Source of the DNA: a virus
DNA: 64,000 nucleotides
Reading direction: 5' to 3' (one strand)
IMG/VR virus record: IMGVR_UViG_3300037247_000810
Coordinates: 39,460-103,459 of that record
The notes beneath the pieces are model-generated. The model did not search any database and was not told where the DNA came from. It saw only the letters and a list, made by a program, of their open reading frames with translations. The stretch's first letter is position 1. Every line of letters starts with the position of its first letter. Shown here piece by piece: positions 6,938 to 16,384 of the stretch. The translations under genes were made by a program, and so were the position numbers.

Positions 6938-7007
6938 TGGCACCCTCGGTGGGAGTCGAACCCACGTTTGGCCGCTTAGAAGGCGGCGCATCGTCCCCGA
7001 CGAGGGC
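6938..7007 (-). tRNA. tRNA-Arg(TCT), truncated D arm, 70 nt
   Basis: loop CTTCTAA; only 13 nt between acceptor and anticodon stems. Confidence 0.8.
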
Positions 7008-7083
7008 TGGTGAGCGATGAGGGAGTCGAACCCCCGGCACCCTGGATGTAAGCCAGGTGCTCTGGCCTCTGAGCTAATCGCCC
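7008..7083 (-). tRNA. tRNA-Val(TAC)
   Basis: loop CTTACAT. Confidence 0.94.
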
Positions 7084-7158
7084 TGGTGGAGATGACAGGA
7101 TTCGAACCTGCGACTTTCAGTCTGCCAGACTGACACTCTCCCGCTGAGTTACATCCCC
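7084..7158 (-). tRNA. tRNA-Ala(GGC)
   Basis: loop CTGGCAG, G3:U70. Confidence 0.95.
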
Positions 7159-7234
7159 TGGTGGAGCACGCGGGACTCGAACCCGCAACCTCCTGCGTGC
7201 AAGGCAGGCGCACTCCCAATTGTGCTAGCACCCC
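7159..7234 (-). tRNA. tRNA-Ala(TGC)
   Basis: loop CTTGCAC, G3:U70. Confidence 0.95.
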
Positions 7235-7310
7235 TGGTGGAGACGACAGGACTCGAACCTGCTACCTCGTCGTTGCGAACGACGCACTCTCCCTGCTGAG
7301 CTACGCCCCC
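7235..7310 (-). tRNA. tRNA-Ala(CGC)
   Basis: loop TTCGCAA, G3:U70; first tRNA of the operon. Confidence 0.95.
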
Positions 7311-7320
7311 TAGTCTATTC

Positions 7321-7353
7321 TAGCAAAGAACGGGCCGCCTCTATGGGCGGTCG
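7321..7353 (-). promoter_or_regulatory. rrn-type boxB hairpin plus boxA-like antitermination site
   Basis: CCGCC-CATAGA-GGCGG hairpin then GTTCTTTG, between promoter and first tRNA. Confidence 0.55.
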
Positions 7354-7359
7354 ATCCTC

Positions 7360-7388
7360 AATATACCGGATCGCGGAATACTTGTCAA
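7360..7388 (-). promoter_or_regulatory. near-consensus sigma70 promoter of the tRNA operon
   Basis: TTGACA-N17-TATATT with AT-rich upstream element. Confidence 0.85.
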
Positions 7389-7530
7389 GGGCAAAACGAA
7401 CTTTCTTCGAAAATATTTCAGGAGCCGTATCCGCATGTGACGGCGTAGAGACACCATGACCGACCATTCGGCTCGATCTGAAGACTCTGGCGGTGACATC
7501 GTGGACAGTACACAAGAAGTCCTAGCATCA

Positions 7531-7770
7531 TTACCTCCTCACCCGGCCCTCGGCGACGGCTACCGTAAGAATCTCGACTACCTGTTCCAAGTTGTCTAAC
7601 ACCCTCTGAAATGGGATACCGCGCCTAGTCAGATCGACGAGTTGGAACTTGAGCGGGCCAGGGCCATAGGCTTCCAGTAGCGCGCAGATGCGGGGCAACT
7701 CGGCCCCGAACTCGCGCTCGCTAATGCAACCGTCCCGGATGATCTCGAAGGCCCAGACCTCAAGGTTCAT
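7531..7770 (-). CDS. hypothetical protein
   Basis: ATGA overlap with upstream gene; GGAGG RBS. Confidence 0.65.
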   Translation of the reverse strand: MNLEVWAFEIIRDGCISEREFGAELPRICALLEAYGPGPLKFQLVDLTRRGIPFQRVLDNLEQVVEILTVAVAEGRVRR

Positions 7771-8360
7771 CGCTTGTTCCTCCCCCGCCGTCGAAGTCGT
7801 TTCGGCACCTCGCCCCGGGTCTGGTAATCCCTAATCTCCTGTGGCGTCATCTCCTCGATGTGCTCGTTCAGGAAGAAATTGTAGGACGGCAGCGGCGGCT
7901 CCTCGTCGGCCCCGTACAACGCGGGCCGGAGCACCATCTTGCCCTTGGCCATCACATCCTTACCAGACACGCCCTGCTCTCCCTCGAACTTGCCCTTCTC
8001 GTACCAGAGCACGAATGCTTGGTTCTCCTTGGCCTCTTCCAAGCAGGAGAAGTGACGGCCGCACCAATCGAAGCCGTCCTCCCGCACCTCGCTATGCTGG
8101 CCACCGTGGCCGGGATTGGAGCAGTGCGGCGGGACACATGGGTCAGCGGTCGTGTGCAAGTCGGCCGAGCCATACCAAGAGTAGACGCGGAAGCACGGCC
8201 GATACCAGACCCGCGCCTTCGTTGGATCATGGCGAGGCGGCTTCCGCCCGCCGAAGCGCCGCCAGAGATTGCGGAGGCCGGGGAAGGATGGCTGAAGGAG
8301 ACCCGCAACCGCACGCGGGATCGGCCCGCTGGTCTGCTGCTCCTCTTCTTCGTTAGCCAT
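7767..8360 (-). CDS. hypothetical protein
   Basis: GAGGAG RBS; tiles with neighbours. Confidence 0.65.
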   Translation of the reverse strand: MANEEEEQQTSGPIPRAVAGLLQPSFPGLRNLWRRFGGRKPPRHDPTKARVWYRPCFRVYSWYGSADLHTTADPCVPPHCSNPGHGGQHSEVREDGFDWCGRHFSCLEEAKENQAFVLWYEKGKFEGEQGVSGKDVMAKGKMVLRPALYGADEEPPLPSYNFFLNEHIEEMTPQEIRDYQTRGEVPKRLRRRGRNKR

Positions 8361-8712
8361 CGCACTCCTCACTGCCCGCGAGACATTCCTTGCAGGTCAC
8401 GGCCTCCCTGTAGTTGGCAATGCGGTAGCGCTCCCGTCGCTTGTGCGCGGCGTCGGGCGAGAAATCACAAACAATCTGCCCGGCGCGGCAGTAGTGGACA
8501 TCGGGCTTAGCCATTACGCTTGGCTTTCTCATAGAATTGAATGGCGCGGTGAAATCTAGTTGTCGCCCGGCGGTTCGGCGGGCAGATACCATAGCTGCAA
8601 GTCTTAATGGGTTCGGGGTGCCCCTGGCCCTCGTGCATAGACCACCGCATTGTCCCTAACAGAGCAGCCATAAAATCTGCACTTGACAACACTTCATCGA
8701 TCAGATCGTCCA

Positions 8713-9426
8713 TCATCGCCTTTTCCCCCTCTTTGCTTTGCCCTTCTTGCGTTTCTTCGGCTGAGGGCGCGCGGGCTGCGCCACCACTAACTGGCCGCGT
8801 TTGACGGGCTGGAACTTGTAGGTGCAGAAGTCCAGGCCGTCCACGTCCGTCGGATGCTGGGGATAGGACGCGCACATCTTCGGACGTTGCGCCGTACCGG
8901 AAACACCACACAGCCCATCTTTGGTCAATTGGGTACAGCGGACAGGCACGTAAGCCGCCAGTTGTTGGCCAAACCGCCGGAGCATCGTGATCCCGTGCTG
9001 CTCCAACCAGACCACCCAGGCATCGAAGTCCCATGTGGGCGGCTCGCTCTTCACCTCAACGGGAATAGCCGCCGTCAACAGGCCGCTCGGCAACTGATAC
9101 AGGTAGGCATCATGCTGCGCGAGCCAGTATTCCCAATCCTCGAATCCCGCTTTGCCGCGCGTGACGGGATCGATAGGTAAAATGATCTGCTCGTGGACGA
9201 CTAGGGCGAAGTCTTCATCCGCCAACCCTTCGACCTGAATCGGTACGACGAATGCGGTGCAACAGGCCCCGCAGCCCGCCGTGCAACCGCCCATCCGCAA
9301 ATAGCCAACAAGGTCTTCCAACTCCGCAACGAGGGGCTTGAACAGCTTGATCTCATCGGCCTGGAGCCGCGAGGGATTGAAATGGGCAGGCTTATCAATT
9401 GTCGGATAGCGATCAAGAACCGGCAT
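8713..9426 (-). CDS. YkgJ-family Cys-cluster (Fe-S/Zn) protein
   Basis: CTAGCGACC ... CTQLTKDGLC..RPKMCASYP. Confidence 0.75.
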   Translation of the reverse strand: MPVLDRYPTIDKPAHFNPSRLQADEIKLFKPLVAELEDLVGYLRMGGCTAGCGACCTAFVVPIQVEGLADEDFALVVHEQIILPIDPVTRGKAGFEDWEYWLAQHDAYLYQLPSGLLTAAIPVEVKSEPPTWDFDAWVVWLEQHGITMLRRFGQQLAAYVPVRCTQLTKDGLCGVSGTAQRPKMCASYPQHPTDVDGLDFCTYKFQPVKRGQLVVAQPARPQPKKRKKGKAKRGKRR

Positions 9427-9873
9427 CTACGCCGACCATTCTGGACAGTAACCGGGCTTGTGTTCCCCGACGCAGCCATCTGAGAATTGCTCCGTCGATA
9501 GGTCGCCGGGCAGCGGCATCGGATCGGACAACACGGCCACGTGCACCTCACCCAACTCATCCAGCACGCGATGGCCCGCCTCGTCTAAATGCATCTTTTC
9601 GACTTCGAATCCGGGCCGGATGGCGAGCTTGCCCTGGCGCAGCAATTCGACCAGATCAACATCGTCGAAGTACGCCTGCACGTACAGGTCGTGGTCGTCA
9701 ATCCACGCCTGGTCGATTTGCCCAACCGGCCGCCGGAAATTGAAGTCGCGTGTGATAATGGAGCCAGTCCACAGTGCATCGACCATATCCATCAGCGCCT
9801 CGGCGGTGACGATTTCACCTCGTACATCTACCTGTTCGCTCCGCCAGACCAGTGCATCGATATTCTCTCCCAT
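9427..9873 (-). CDS. XkdF/HK97-like prohead protease domain protein (tentative)
   Basis: VDVRGEIVTAEAL..DFNFRRPVG pattern; GGGAGG RBS. Confidence 0.45.
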   Translation of the reverse strand: MGENIDALVWRSEQVDVRGEIVTAEALMDMVDALWTGSIITRDFNFRRPVGQIDQAWIDDHDLYVQAYFDDVDLVELLRQGKLAIRPGFEVEKMHLDEAGHRVLDELGEVHVAVLSDPMPLPGDLSTEQFSDGCVGEHKPGYCPEWSA

Positions 9874-9900
9874 ATCTACCTCCCTAATGGGCGCAATTCC

Positions 9901-9929
9901 TTGCCAAGTTCTTGGCCGCATGGCATAAT
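9901..9929 (+). promoter_or_regulatory. sigma70 promoter
   Basis: TTGCCA-N17-CATAAT; ATG at 9939. Confidence 0.6.
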
Positions 9930-9938
9930 GAGAATGTC

Positions 9939-10301
9939 ATGGCCACCAAGAAGAACTCCACGAAGTCCGTGAACAGCGGCCGCGCCACCACCCGCGATGT
10001 GCTGTCGGCTGTCCTCGGCCTGAATGAGCGGATCGACGACACAAACGAGCGGGTCGACCGCACGCTCGAAGGCCAAGTACGCCTCTCGGAGCAAATGACC
10101 GGCCTTCATAACTCGATGCACGATCTCCGTGAAGCAACCAATGACCGCCTGCACGAGATGAAGGCGGATATTATCACGCTCAAGCGCCCGTGGCTGATCC
10201 TGGCCTCCGGTTGGTCGAAGGCCCTGGCCGTCGGTGGCTTCGCGGCCGCCCTTACCGGCACCATCGTCAAGCTGGAGTTGTGGCGCTACCTGCCGTTCTA
10301 G
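9939..10301 (+). CDS. coiled-coil protein with C-terminal TM segment
   Basis: heptad-rich N-terminus, hydrophobic C-terminus. Confidence 0.65.
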   Translation: MATKKNSTKSVNSGRATTRDVLSAVLGLNERIDDTNERVDRTLEGQVRLSEQMTGLHNSMHDLREATNDRLHEMKADIITLKRPWLILASGWSKALAVGGFAAALTGTIVKLELWRYLPF

Positions 10302-10729
10302 CACGCGATCAACCACTCCCCCTCAACCTTTTCCAACATAGCGGTGCTCGGCAAGCCGGACGGCGTGTTCAGGCCCAAGATCGCTTCGGTGCTGTCCTCA
10401 CTGATCCAGACCTCCTCCACATCGAATGTCCGGCGGAAAGAGAAGCCGGAAGCTAGTGTCTCGTCCAACACCTCCTGCGGGTTGTCCTCGGCCCCGGCCA
10501 GGAACCCGATGGTGCATTCCCCCTTGACATAGATGTCGGACAACTCCCAGTCCCCAGCGTCGAGCGCCGCGAGATGCGCTTCGAAGACATCACGCGGGCC
10601 AATCTCCGAATCGTGAGTGGCGATCCCGCCGAAGATCAGAAGGGCGGTGATGAATAGGCCCCCGAAGACTACTCCGGCTCCCATTACAACCAGCCGCAGC
10701 AGCCATCCTTGTTCTTGTTCGAGTCCCAT
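10298..10729 (-). CDS. membrane-anchored NTF2/DUF4878-like protein
   Basis: N-terminal TM; AGDWE..Y and LEKVEGEWLI ending. Confidence 0.6.
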   Translation of the reverse strand: MGLEQEQGWLLRLVVMGAGVVFGGLFITALLIFGGIATHDSEIGPRDVFEAHLAALDAGDWELSDIYVKGECTIGFLAGAEDNPQEVLDETLASGFSFRRTFDVEEVWISEDSTEAILGLNTPSGLPSTAMLEKVEGEWLIAC

Positions 10730-10763
10730 AGTTCCTTCACCCCCTCGTACCCATCATAGCGAC

Positions 10764-10792
10764 TTGACACATTCGGCGCAACATCTTATGCT
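10764..10792 (+). promoter_or_regulatory. sigma70 promoter
   Basis: TTGACA-N17-TATGCT followed by GAGGAGG RBS. Confidence 0.75.
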
Positions 10793-10811
10793 GGAAGTCG
10801 AGGAGGAAATT

Positions 10812-11036
10812 ATGAGCAGCAATATCTCGAAGCGCGGGGCCATCCGAATACTCCGGCGGGCGGGCTATCAACAGGAGTCCACGAGTAAGAGACATGAGCT
10901 TTGGACGAACGGGAAGCACCGAATATCACTACCCCATAAGCCGATCAGCGGTGTGCTGTACGGCTGGTTGGCGAACCAGATTCTAAGGATCGAGGCCGGG
11001 GCAGACCCGGCCAAACTCTTCAAAAGGGAGGTGTAA
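10812..11036 (+). CDS. HicA-like mRNA interferase
   Basis: 74 aa; LRRAGY..SKRHELW..ISLPHK..G.LANQIL matches the HicA pattern. Confidence 0.6.
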   Translation: MSSNISKRGAIRILRRAGYQQESTSKRHELWTNGKHRISLPHKPISGVLYGWLANQILRIEAGADPAKLFKREV

Positions 11037-11290
11037 TGCGTAACCTGACCAGCGCACAGATTGCCCGGCGGAGCGCCCTGTTGGAGCGGCTAAGGGTGCA
11101 GGGGTGCCAGACCGCCGATATGCTCCGCAGCTACCTCGTGCACCGCAAACGCATCATCGTGACGGTTGACACGGTTCAACGAGACCTCCGGGCGATGGAG
11201 GCCGTGGGCACCTTGAGGCGACGTGGGCTCTCATCCGCCGGACGCGCATGGGGAAACGGGCGCAGCATCATCTGGAGCATGGCCGAATGA
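11036..11290 (+). CDS. winged-helix DNA-binding protein (ArgR/DeoR-like)
   Basis: VTVDTVQRDLRAM; TAATG coupling to upstream gene. Confidence 0.55.
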   Translation: MRNLTSAQIARRSALLERLRVQGCQTADMLRSYLVHRKRIIVTVDTVQRDLRAMEAVGTLRRRGLSSAGRAWGNGRSIIWSMAE

Positions 11291-11628
11291 GCGAACAACG
11301 TCACGAAGTCGCGCGCATCACAATTGCATTCGTCCGCGAGACGGCCCGCCTGCGGCACGACCGCGGCCTCGATTATATGCCGTGGTGCCGGGGCAAGAAG
11401 CATAAAGGTGTCGGCTGGCCGTGGTGGAACATCCGGTTCTCGTACAAGACCCTCTCGGTTAGGGCCGCCAACCAGTCCTTCTACTGGTGCGACGTGTGCC
11501 TGCCCGCCCGCTACCGAACGGTTGCGGACTCCATGATTAGGGGCAGCGAGAAGGCCCGCGTTCTCCAGGGCGAGGCGCTGGAGAACGTTGCGCGCCGAGC
11601 CGCGCCGCAAGGAGCCGATGGGCACTGA
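11287..11628 (+). CDS. hypothetical protein
   Basis: ATGA overlap; Cys motifs. Confidence 0.5.
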   Translation: MSEQRHEVARITIAFVRETARLRHDRGLDYMPWCRGKKHKGVGWPWWNIRFSYKTLSVRAANQSFYWCDVCLPARYRTVADSMIRGSEKARVLQGEALENVARRAAPQGADGH

Positions 11629-11809
11629 CCGCATCCCGTGGAAGCAATTACTGTTGTAGCTCATCCTTGATCTCTCGCCAGAGGTTCTTGAGCGTTTCCT
11701 TATCAACGTCACGATGGAGCCGCATCTCCGCCCAGGCGACAAGGATAAGAGCGGCGACCAGATCGGCCGTCGCTTCTTTATCCTTGTACGCTGGGTGAAT
11801 AGGCATCCG

Positions 11810-12142
11810 TTACTGTGGATCGCCGCTCCAGAGAATACCACGCACGCGAGGATTCTGGCCCGTCGTCACATTAATGAACGACAGCTTGGTATCGATCTCC
11901 AGGTCGTGCTCATCGTAAGCATCGCCCTCCTCCAGTAGCAGGTCGGTGATCACGGCCGTGGCATCGAAGGCGATGGCCACATCACCCGGCCCCGCGTTGA
12001 CGAAGGACACAGCGCGGCCCTTCTTGCCGCCGGGCACTGTCACCAAGTCTTCGGCAGTCGCTGGCGTGGTCAGCGTTTCGTCGAAGGGTGTCGGAGTATC
12101 GGCGACTGGAGTCTTGAAAACGGGACGTGGGTTAAGAGCCAT
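11810..12142 (-). CDS. hypothetical beta-rich protein
   Basis: AAAGGAGA RBS and TGCTATAAT extended -10 at 12173-12181. Confidence 0.7.
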   Translation of the reverse strand: MALNPRPVFKTPVADTPTPFDETLTTPATAEDLVTVPGGKKGRAVSFVNAGPGDVAIAFDATAVITDLLLEEGDAYDEHDLEIDTKLSFINVTTGQNPRVRGILWSGDPQ

Positions 12143-12313
12143 TTGGGTATCTCCTTTCGATGGTCTCCTCGCATTATAGCACATCGTCGGCCCGGCAACT
12201 AGGCGAAGAACACACCCTTTACTTGTAGAACGGCCCCCAGTACTATGAGAGTAAGCCTGGCTCGGAGCGACGCAACAGCGCGCCCGAAGCAATCAAGAGA
12301 GGAGAACACCCCT

Positions 12314-12820
12314 ATGTCCGAAGAACTCACCTTGATCACGGCCACTCCGGTTGTGAAACTTCTGAAGGTCTACCCGTACAGTACCCGTGAGAGGATCGAG
12401 GTACGCGCGGCGTCGGAAGACGGCCCACGCGGCCTGAGCCTTTATTACACTACCGAGAGCGATGAAGCCCCATCAGCCAACGAGAAGCTACTGGTCGCGG
12501 TGCTGGCGGGCGTCTATCCTTCATGGCTTACCCCTACCGCTGCGGAGTCACTGGCGGCGGCCGCCCGCGATGAGCCGGTGCCCATCCGTTTCGAGGGCGT
12601 GAGCGCAATCCCCCACGGGGGCAGTGATCCATCCCGCTCCATCCAACACGATGCGTTGCATATCGACGCTGTCGCTGGCAATGGTATGACCCGCCTGCAT
12701 ATGTCGATGGCGAATGAGGCTGGTAGCATCCACCTCGCGCGTGTCATGTTTAGCAAGGGGCAGGTCACGTCGATGATCGCGGCCCTGTTGGCGATCTACC
12801 CACGCCTGCGAGAGAACTAG
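12314..12820 (+). CDS. hypothetical protein
   Basis: GAGGAG RBS; TTTACT-N17-TACTAT promoter at 12218-12246. Confidence 0.65.
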   Translation: MSEELTLITATPVVKLLKVYPYSTRERIEVRAASEDGPRGLSLYYTTESDEAPSANEKLLVAVLAGVYPSWLTPTAAESLAAAARDEPVPIRFEGVSAIPHGGSDPSRSIQHDALHIDAVAGNGMTRLHMSMANEAGSIHLARVMFSKGQVTSMIAALLAIYPRLREN

Positions 12821-12836
12821 GAAAAAGGAGTGCACT

Positions 12837-12879
12837 GGGGAGCGACTAGGGGGCCAGGCCCGTCGCTCCCCTCTTTTTA
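12837..12879 (+). terminator. intrinsic terminator
   Basis: GGGAGCGAC/GTCGCTCCC then CTCTTTTT. Confidence 0.7.
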
Positions 12880-12883
12880 TCTC

Positions 12884-12940
12884 GGCCCCTAATATGGCCC
12901 GGCCCCTAATATGGCCCGGCCCCTAATATGGCCCGGCCCC
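12884..12940. repeat. 17-bp tandem repeat GGCCCCTAATATGGCCC x3+
   Basis: read directly. Confidence 0.9.
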
Positions 12941-13302
12941 CGATATTGCTGCTCCCTTGCCGTATCCGTAAGAGCGGCCCCCGATGATGTCCCCGGCTAG
13001 GTACTCGCCGGGACTTTCGACCAGGGGGGTGGGTGGGGAGGTTCGCCCGCGTGTCGGGGCGGTCGGTGCCCACGCTACCTAGACCCTGCTGATCCCGCCT
13101 GCTCGGTCGCCGCACCCTTCGGCTGCCATCCCTACCATCCCCCGCCGGATGCCGTGGCTCCTACCGCGCGCCCTTCGGGTGGCGTGGGTGCTGGCGACTC
13201 CCGCTTCGATGCCGTGCTGTGCTCCCGCTCGGCTCCCGCCGCCCCACCTAATGCCCCTCGGTCAACGCCACCCAATGCCCGTGTCGCCCATGCCAGGGAC
13301 AC

Positions 13303-13346
13303 AAAAATAGCCCCTACCACCAGCATCCCGCTAGCGGTAGGGGTTG
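13303..13346 (-). terminator. intrinsic terminator of the leftward operon
   Basis: CCCCTACC..GGTAGGGG hairpin then TATTTTT on the minus strand. Confidence 0.75.
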
Positions 13347-13400
13347 GGAGTTAGGAGCCGAGAGCCCCGATAGGCTCCGAGCGTTGCCGTCGTCGTTTCC

Positions 13401-14018
13401 TTACGGCGTGGCTGTGGGCGTGATCACGGGCGATAGGGGAGCGACGGGACACACACCATAGGCATTGATCTCGCTGGTGCCGTCCTGATAGGTGCGCTCA
13501 GTAGTGACACACTCCGTACCGTCGGCGTTGACGTTGACGGCTGGACGAGGCGAGCCATCGCCGCCATACTTCGATGCGCAGTCAGCGTCACTGCCGCACA
13601 GGGCGGTCGTGGGAGCTAGTGAGCATGTGGGCGAACCACCCTCGATTTCATACTCAAGGCGCGTCGCTCCCATGCACTCGGCGGACAGGATACGATCCAC
13701 GTGGATACACTCATTGCTCACGTGGTCGAACACTGCATCCTCCTCGCAAGACGTTTCGCCCGGCACGTAGTCACCGAGCGTCAAGGTGATTGTGCCATCG
13801 CGCTCGGCGTCCGTCGTCTCAGGCGGCGCAAACACGATTGCCAGCGCCACAAGCCCGATCAGCGCCAGGGCTATCGGGTACGGCAGCATCCGCCAGGGCA
13901 TGAGCACGTTGCGCCAGTTGCGCACCAGGATTGACGGCAGCCCACGCGTTAGCTGCCCGAAGGCGCGCCCGAAGGCTGCCCGCGTCTTCTCTGATTCGGT
14001 CTTTCTTGGTGTTACCAT
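13401..14018 (-). CDS. membrane-anchored Cys-rich protein
   Basis: one TM segment, extracytoplasmic Cys pairs, AAGGAAGG RBS. Confidence 0.65.
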   Translation of the reverse strand: MVTPRKTESEKTRAAFGRAFGQLTRGLPSILVRNWRNVLMPWRMLPYPIALALIGLVALAIVFAPPETTDAERDGTITLTLGDYVPGETSCEEDAVFDHVSNECIHVDRILSAECMGATRLEYEIEGGSPTCSLAPTTALCGSDADCASKYGGDGSPRPAVNVNADGTECVTTERTYQDGTSEINAYGVCPVAPLSPVITPTATP

Positions 14019-14483
14019 GTATGACCTTCCTTTCTCAGAATGCCAGGGATATGATAGCGACGATGATTAGCACCAGCAGCCCCATGCCGAACAGTGGCAC
14101 GATGCCACTGGTGCTGTCGTCCATCATGCTCTGCTGAACCGATGCCTTCACAGGGCGGCGGGCGGCATCCTTGCCCTTGCCCCCAGCGCTGTCGCTACAG
14201 CCACCCATTAGGCGACCTTCCTAAGCGTCTCTGCGCTTGCTGGTAGGCAGCCCGCCTCCACCAGTAGGCGTATGACCGCGTGCGTGCCGCCCTTGCTGTG
14301 CTCGTATCGCAGCCCGCGCACCGTGTCGGTGCGGAGCTCGCTGAGCTCCTTCTCAGCGGCGCGGTCGTTCATAGCGATTAGGTCTCTTAGTCCATGCACG
14401 GTTATGCTCCCTTCTTGGCGATGATTTGCTTGCCGCTCTTGCGGACGGCAGCGCGGATGGCGAGTGCTAGCGTGCCGCCCATA

Positions 14484-14810
14484 CTACGCTGCCTTCGCCG
14501 CCTTCCTAGCGGCTACCTGCGCTTCCTTCGCTTCCTCGCGCTGTAGCTGTGCCAGCGCCTCTGCCAGCCGCTTCACCTGTGACCGCTTGCGGGACAACGC
14601 CCGGCACCGCTTGCACCATATCCGCTCTAGCGGTGCTGGCGTCGCCTTCGTCGCCTTCGCCGTGTACCGGAAGATGTTGTCGTCGTCCATGCGGTGCGTG
14701 GGCTTGTTGTAGCACACCTTCCGCTGACCGAGCGACAGGACGCGCCCCTTACCGGGACGACCCTTGACGATCCCGTTGACCGTCGGCTTGTGTTCTCCGT
14801 TCTGGGTCAT
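14484..14810 (-). CDS. basic Zn-finger-like protein
   Basis: CYNKPTH and CKRC; AAGGAGAG RBS. Confidence 0.65.
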   Translation of the reverse strand: MTQNGEHKPTVNGIVKGRPGKGRVLSLGQRKVCYNKPTHRMDDDNIFRYTAKATKATPAPLERIWCKRCRALSRKRSQVKRLAEALAQLQREEAKEAQVAARKAAKAA

Positions 14811-15040
14811 GATCCGCTCTCCTTCTCTAGTGGCGCATCATAGGCACCCCTTATCTCAGCGAGCCGTGCTTGACAGGCAGCGATGTGATGCTCTAGCCCT
14901 TTAGCTCCGAGCGTCACTTGCCGATCACCCCGACCGCTGATGATAAGCTTTGCGAAGTACGCGCCGTACTTGTTCACTTCGATATGATTCTGCGAGACCG
15001 CCCCTGCGAATGTCTGCTCGTAAGTCTCGTGGCTTGTCAT
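14807..15040 (-). CDS. hypothetical protein
   Basis: RBS; ATGA overlap. Confidence 0.6.
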   Translation of the reverse strand: MTSHETYEQTFAGAVSQNHIEVNKYGAYFAKLIISGRGDRQVTLGAKGLEHHIAACQARLAEIRGAYDAPLEKESGS

Positions 15041-15285
15041 AGGTGCCTTCCCCTACGCCGCTCTGTACCGACGCGGCATGTAGCGGGCGATCCGTGTCGG
15101 GACGTAGCCTAGACCGTCCGCAGCCCCTAGGCTGCGTGCTAGCATCCTTGCGCGGACGGTGGACTTGCTGTCGCCGGAGCAGGCGACGGAGCAGGCGACA
15201 CACCCGGCGACCATGCCGCCGATAGAATGTGTCGCCCGATTGCGGACACTGATCTTGCGCCCGCATGCGTGGCAGCCTTTGCCGT

Positions 15286-15705
15286 TCATGATATGGGCAC
15301 AATCAGCCGCGCACGGCAACGAACGCAAGAGTAGCGCCAGTTGCCGTGCGCCGCATCGTCAGCGTCGATGATGCGCGTCTCTTCTGCCTCAGTAGTGACG
15401 CCTTGGCGCACATCTGAGGAGAACGCGAGCAACATTTCGATACCTGTGGTGCTTGCCATGCGCCCGCCGCAATTGGGGCACCTGGCACCAGCCTCTCGAA
15501 GCTCGCACATCTTGTGATCCTCTGCCGCCATTTCCAGGGCAGCGTCGATGCGCCAGTCTTCACCGCGTGCCTCGCACGCGCCGCCATCGGAGCACCAGCA
15601 GTCAGGATTGTATCGCCCTTCCCAATCGCAATTGGCGCAGCCGACAACGGTATCAAGTGTACCGTCGTCAACAATGTGGAGCCGTCTGATCTTCTCGCCA
15701 GCCAT
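15286..15705 (-). CDS. multi-Zn-ribbon protein
   Basis: CANC, CPNCG and CVRC motifs. Confidence 0.6.
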   Translation of the reverse strand: MAGEKIRRLHIVDDGTLDTVVGCANCDWEGRYNPDCWCSDGGACEARGEDWRIDAALEMAAEDHKMCELREAGARCPNCGGRMASTTGIEMLLAFSSDVRQGVTTEAEETRIIDADDAAHGNWRYSCVRCRARLIVPIS

Positions 15706-16221
15706 AGCGCCGCCTACGCTTCCTCGCCTGCGCCACGGGCTAGCAGACGGGCTACCAATGCTTCCGCCTCGCCCATTGGCGACGGGTTGCCGAAGCAGTA
15801 CAGGCAGCCGAGGATGTGATATTCTGACCGAACAATCTCGGTCAGCTTGACTTGCTTGTGACAGAATGGGCACTCCATTTGACCTTCCTCTCTTCAGCGG
15901 GAGATGTTTACCGTGGCGGGCAGATGTGCGGACGCCCTGAGAATTCCACCAGCTTGTCGCTGAGGGTCTTCAGCACGGACGTCCCACAAGGGCAGCGCCA
16001 CGCCTTGATCGTGAACGTGTCTTTACGTTTCATTCCGAGAGCCTTCCTTTAATGGTGTGGTGAGTGTTGCCCTTCGGCTTGTGCGGCTCACTCTTGCCGC
16101 TTGCCGTCCGCCCTATCGACGGCTCCCGCTTGCTACCTCGCTTGTGCCAGGTGGGGCTTTGGGGGTGGAGTCCGGCGCGTGTAGCGCGTTGGGTGTGTTG
16201 TGTGCTGTACCTCTCATCATT

Positions 16222-16251
16222 AGTATCGGCATCCTGAGGGATTCCTGAAGG
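16222..16251 (-). promoter_or_regulatory. sigma28-like promoter (leftward copy of a 30-bp inverted repeat)
   Basis: CCTTCAGGAATCCCTCAGGATGCCGATACT on the minus strand. Confidence 0.65.
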
Positions 16252-16350
16252 CTGGCCGGACTTTATTTCCGAGAATCTTTTGAGCCCTGGCCAGGTGTTC
16301 CTACACCCTAGAACGTGTTGGCGGGCGGAACGTTACTCCCTGCTCCTACC

Positions 16351-16380
16351 CCTTCAGGAATCCCTCAGGATGCCGATACT
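16351..16380 (+). promoter_or_regulatory. sigma28-like promoter (rightward copy)
   Basis: identical 30-mer; TTCA-N15-GCCGATAC. Confidence 0.65.
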
Positions 16381-16384
16381 TAGA

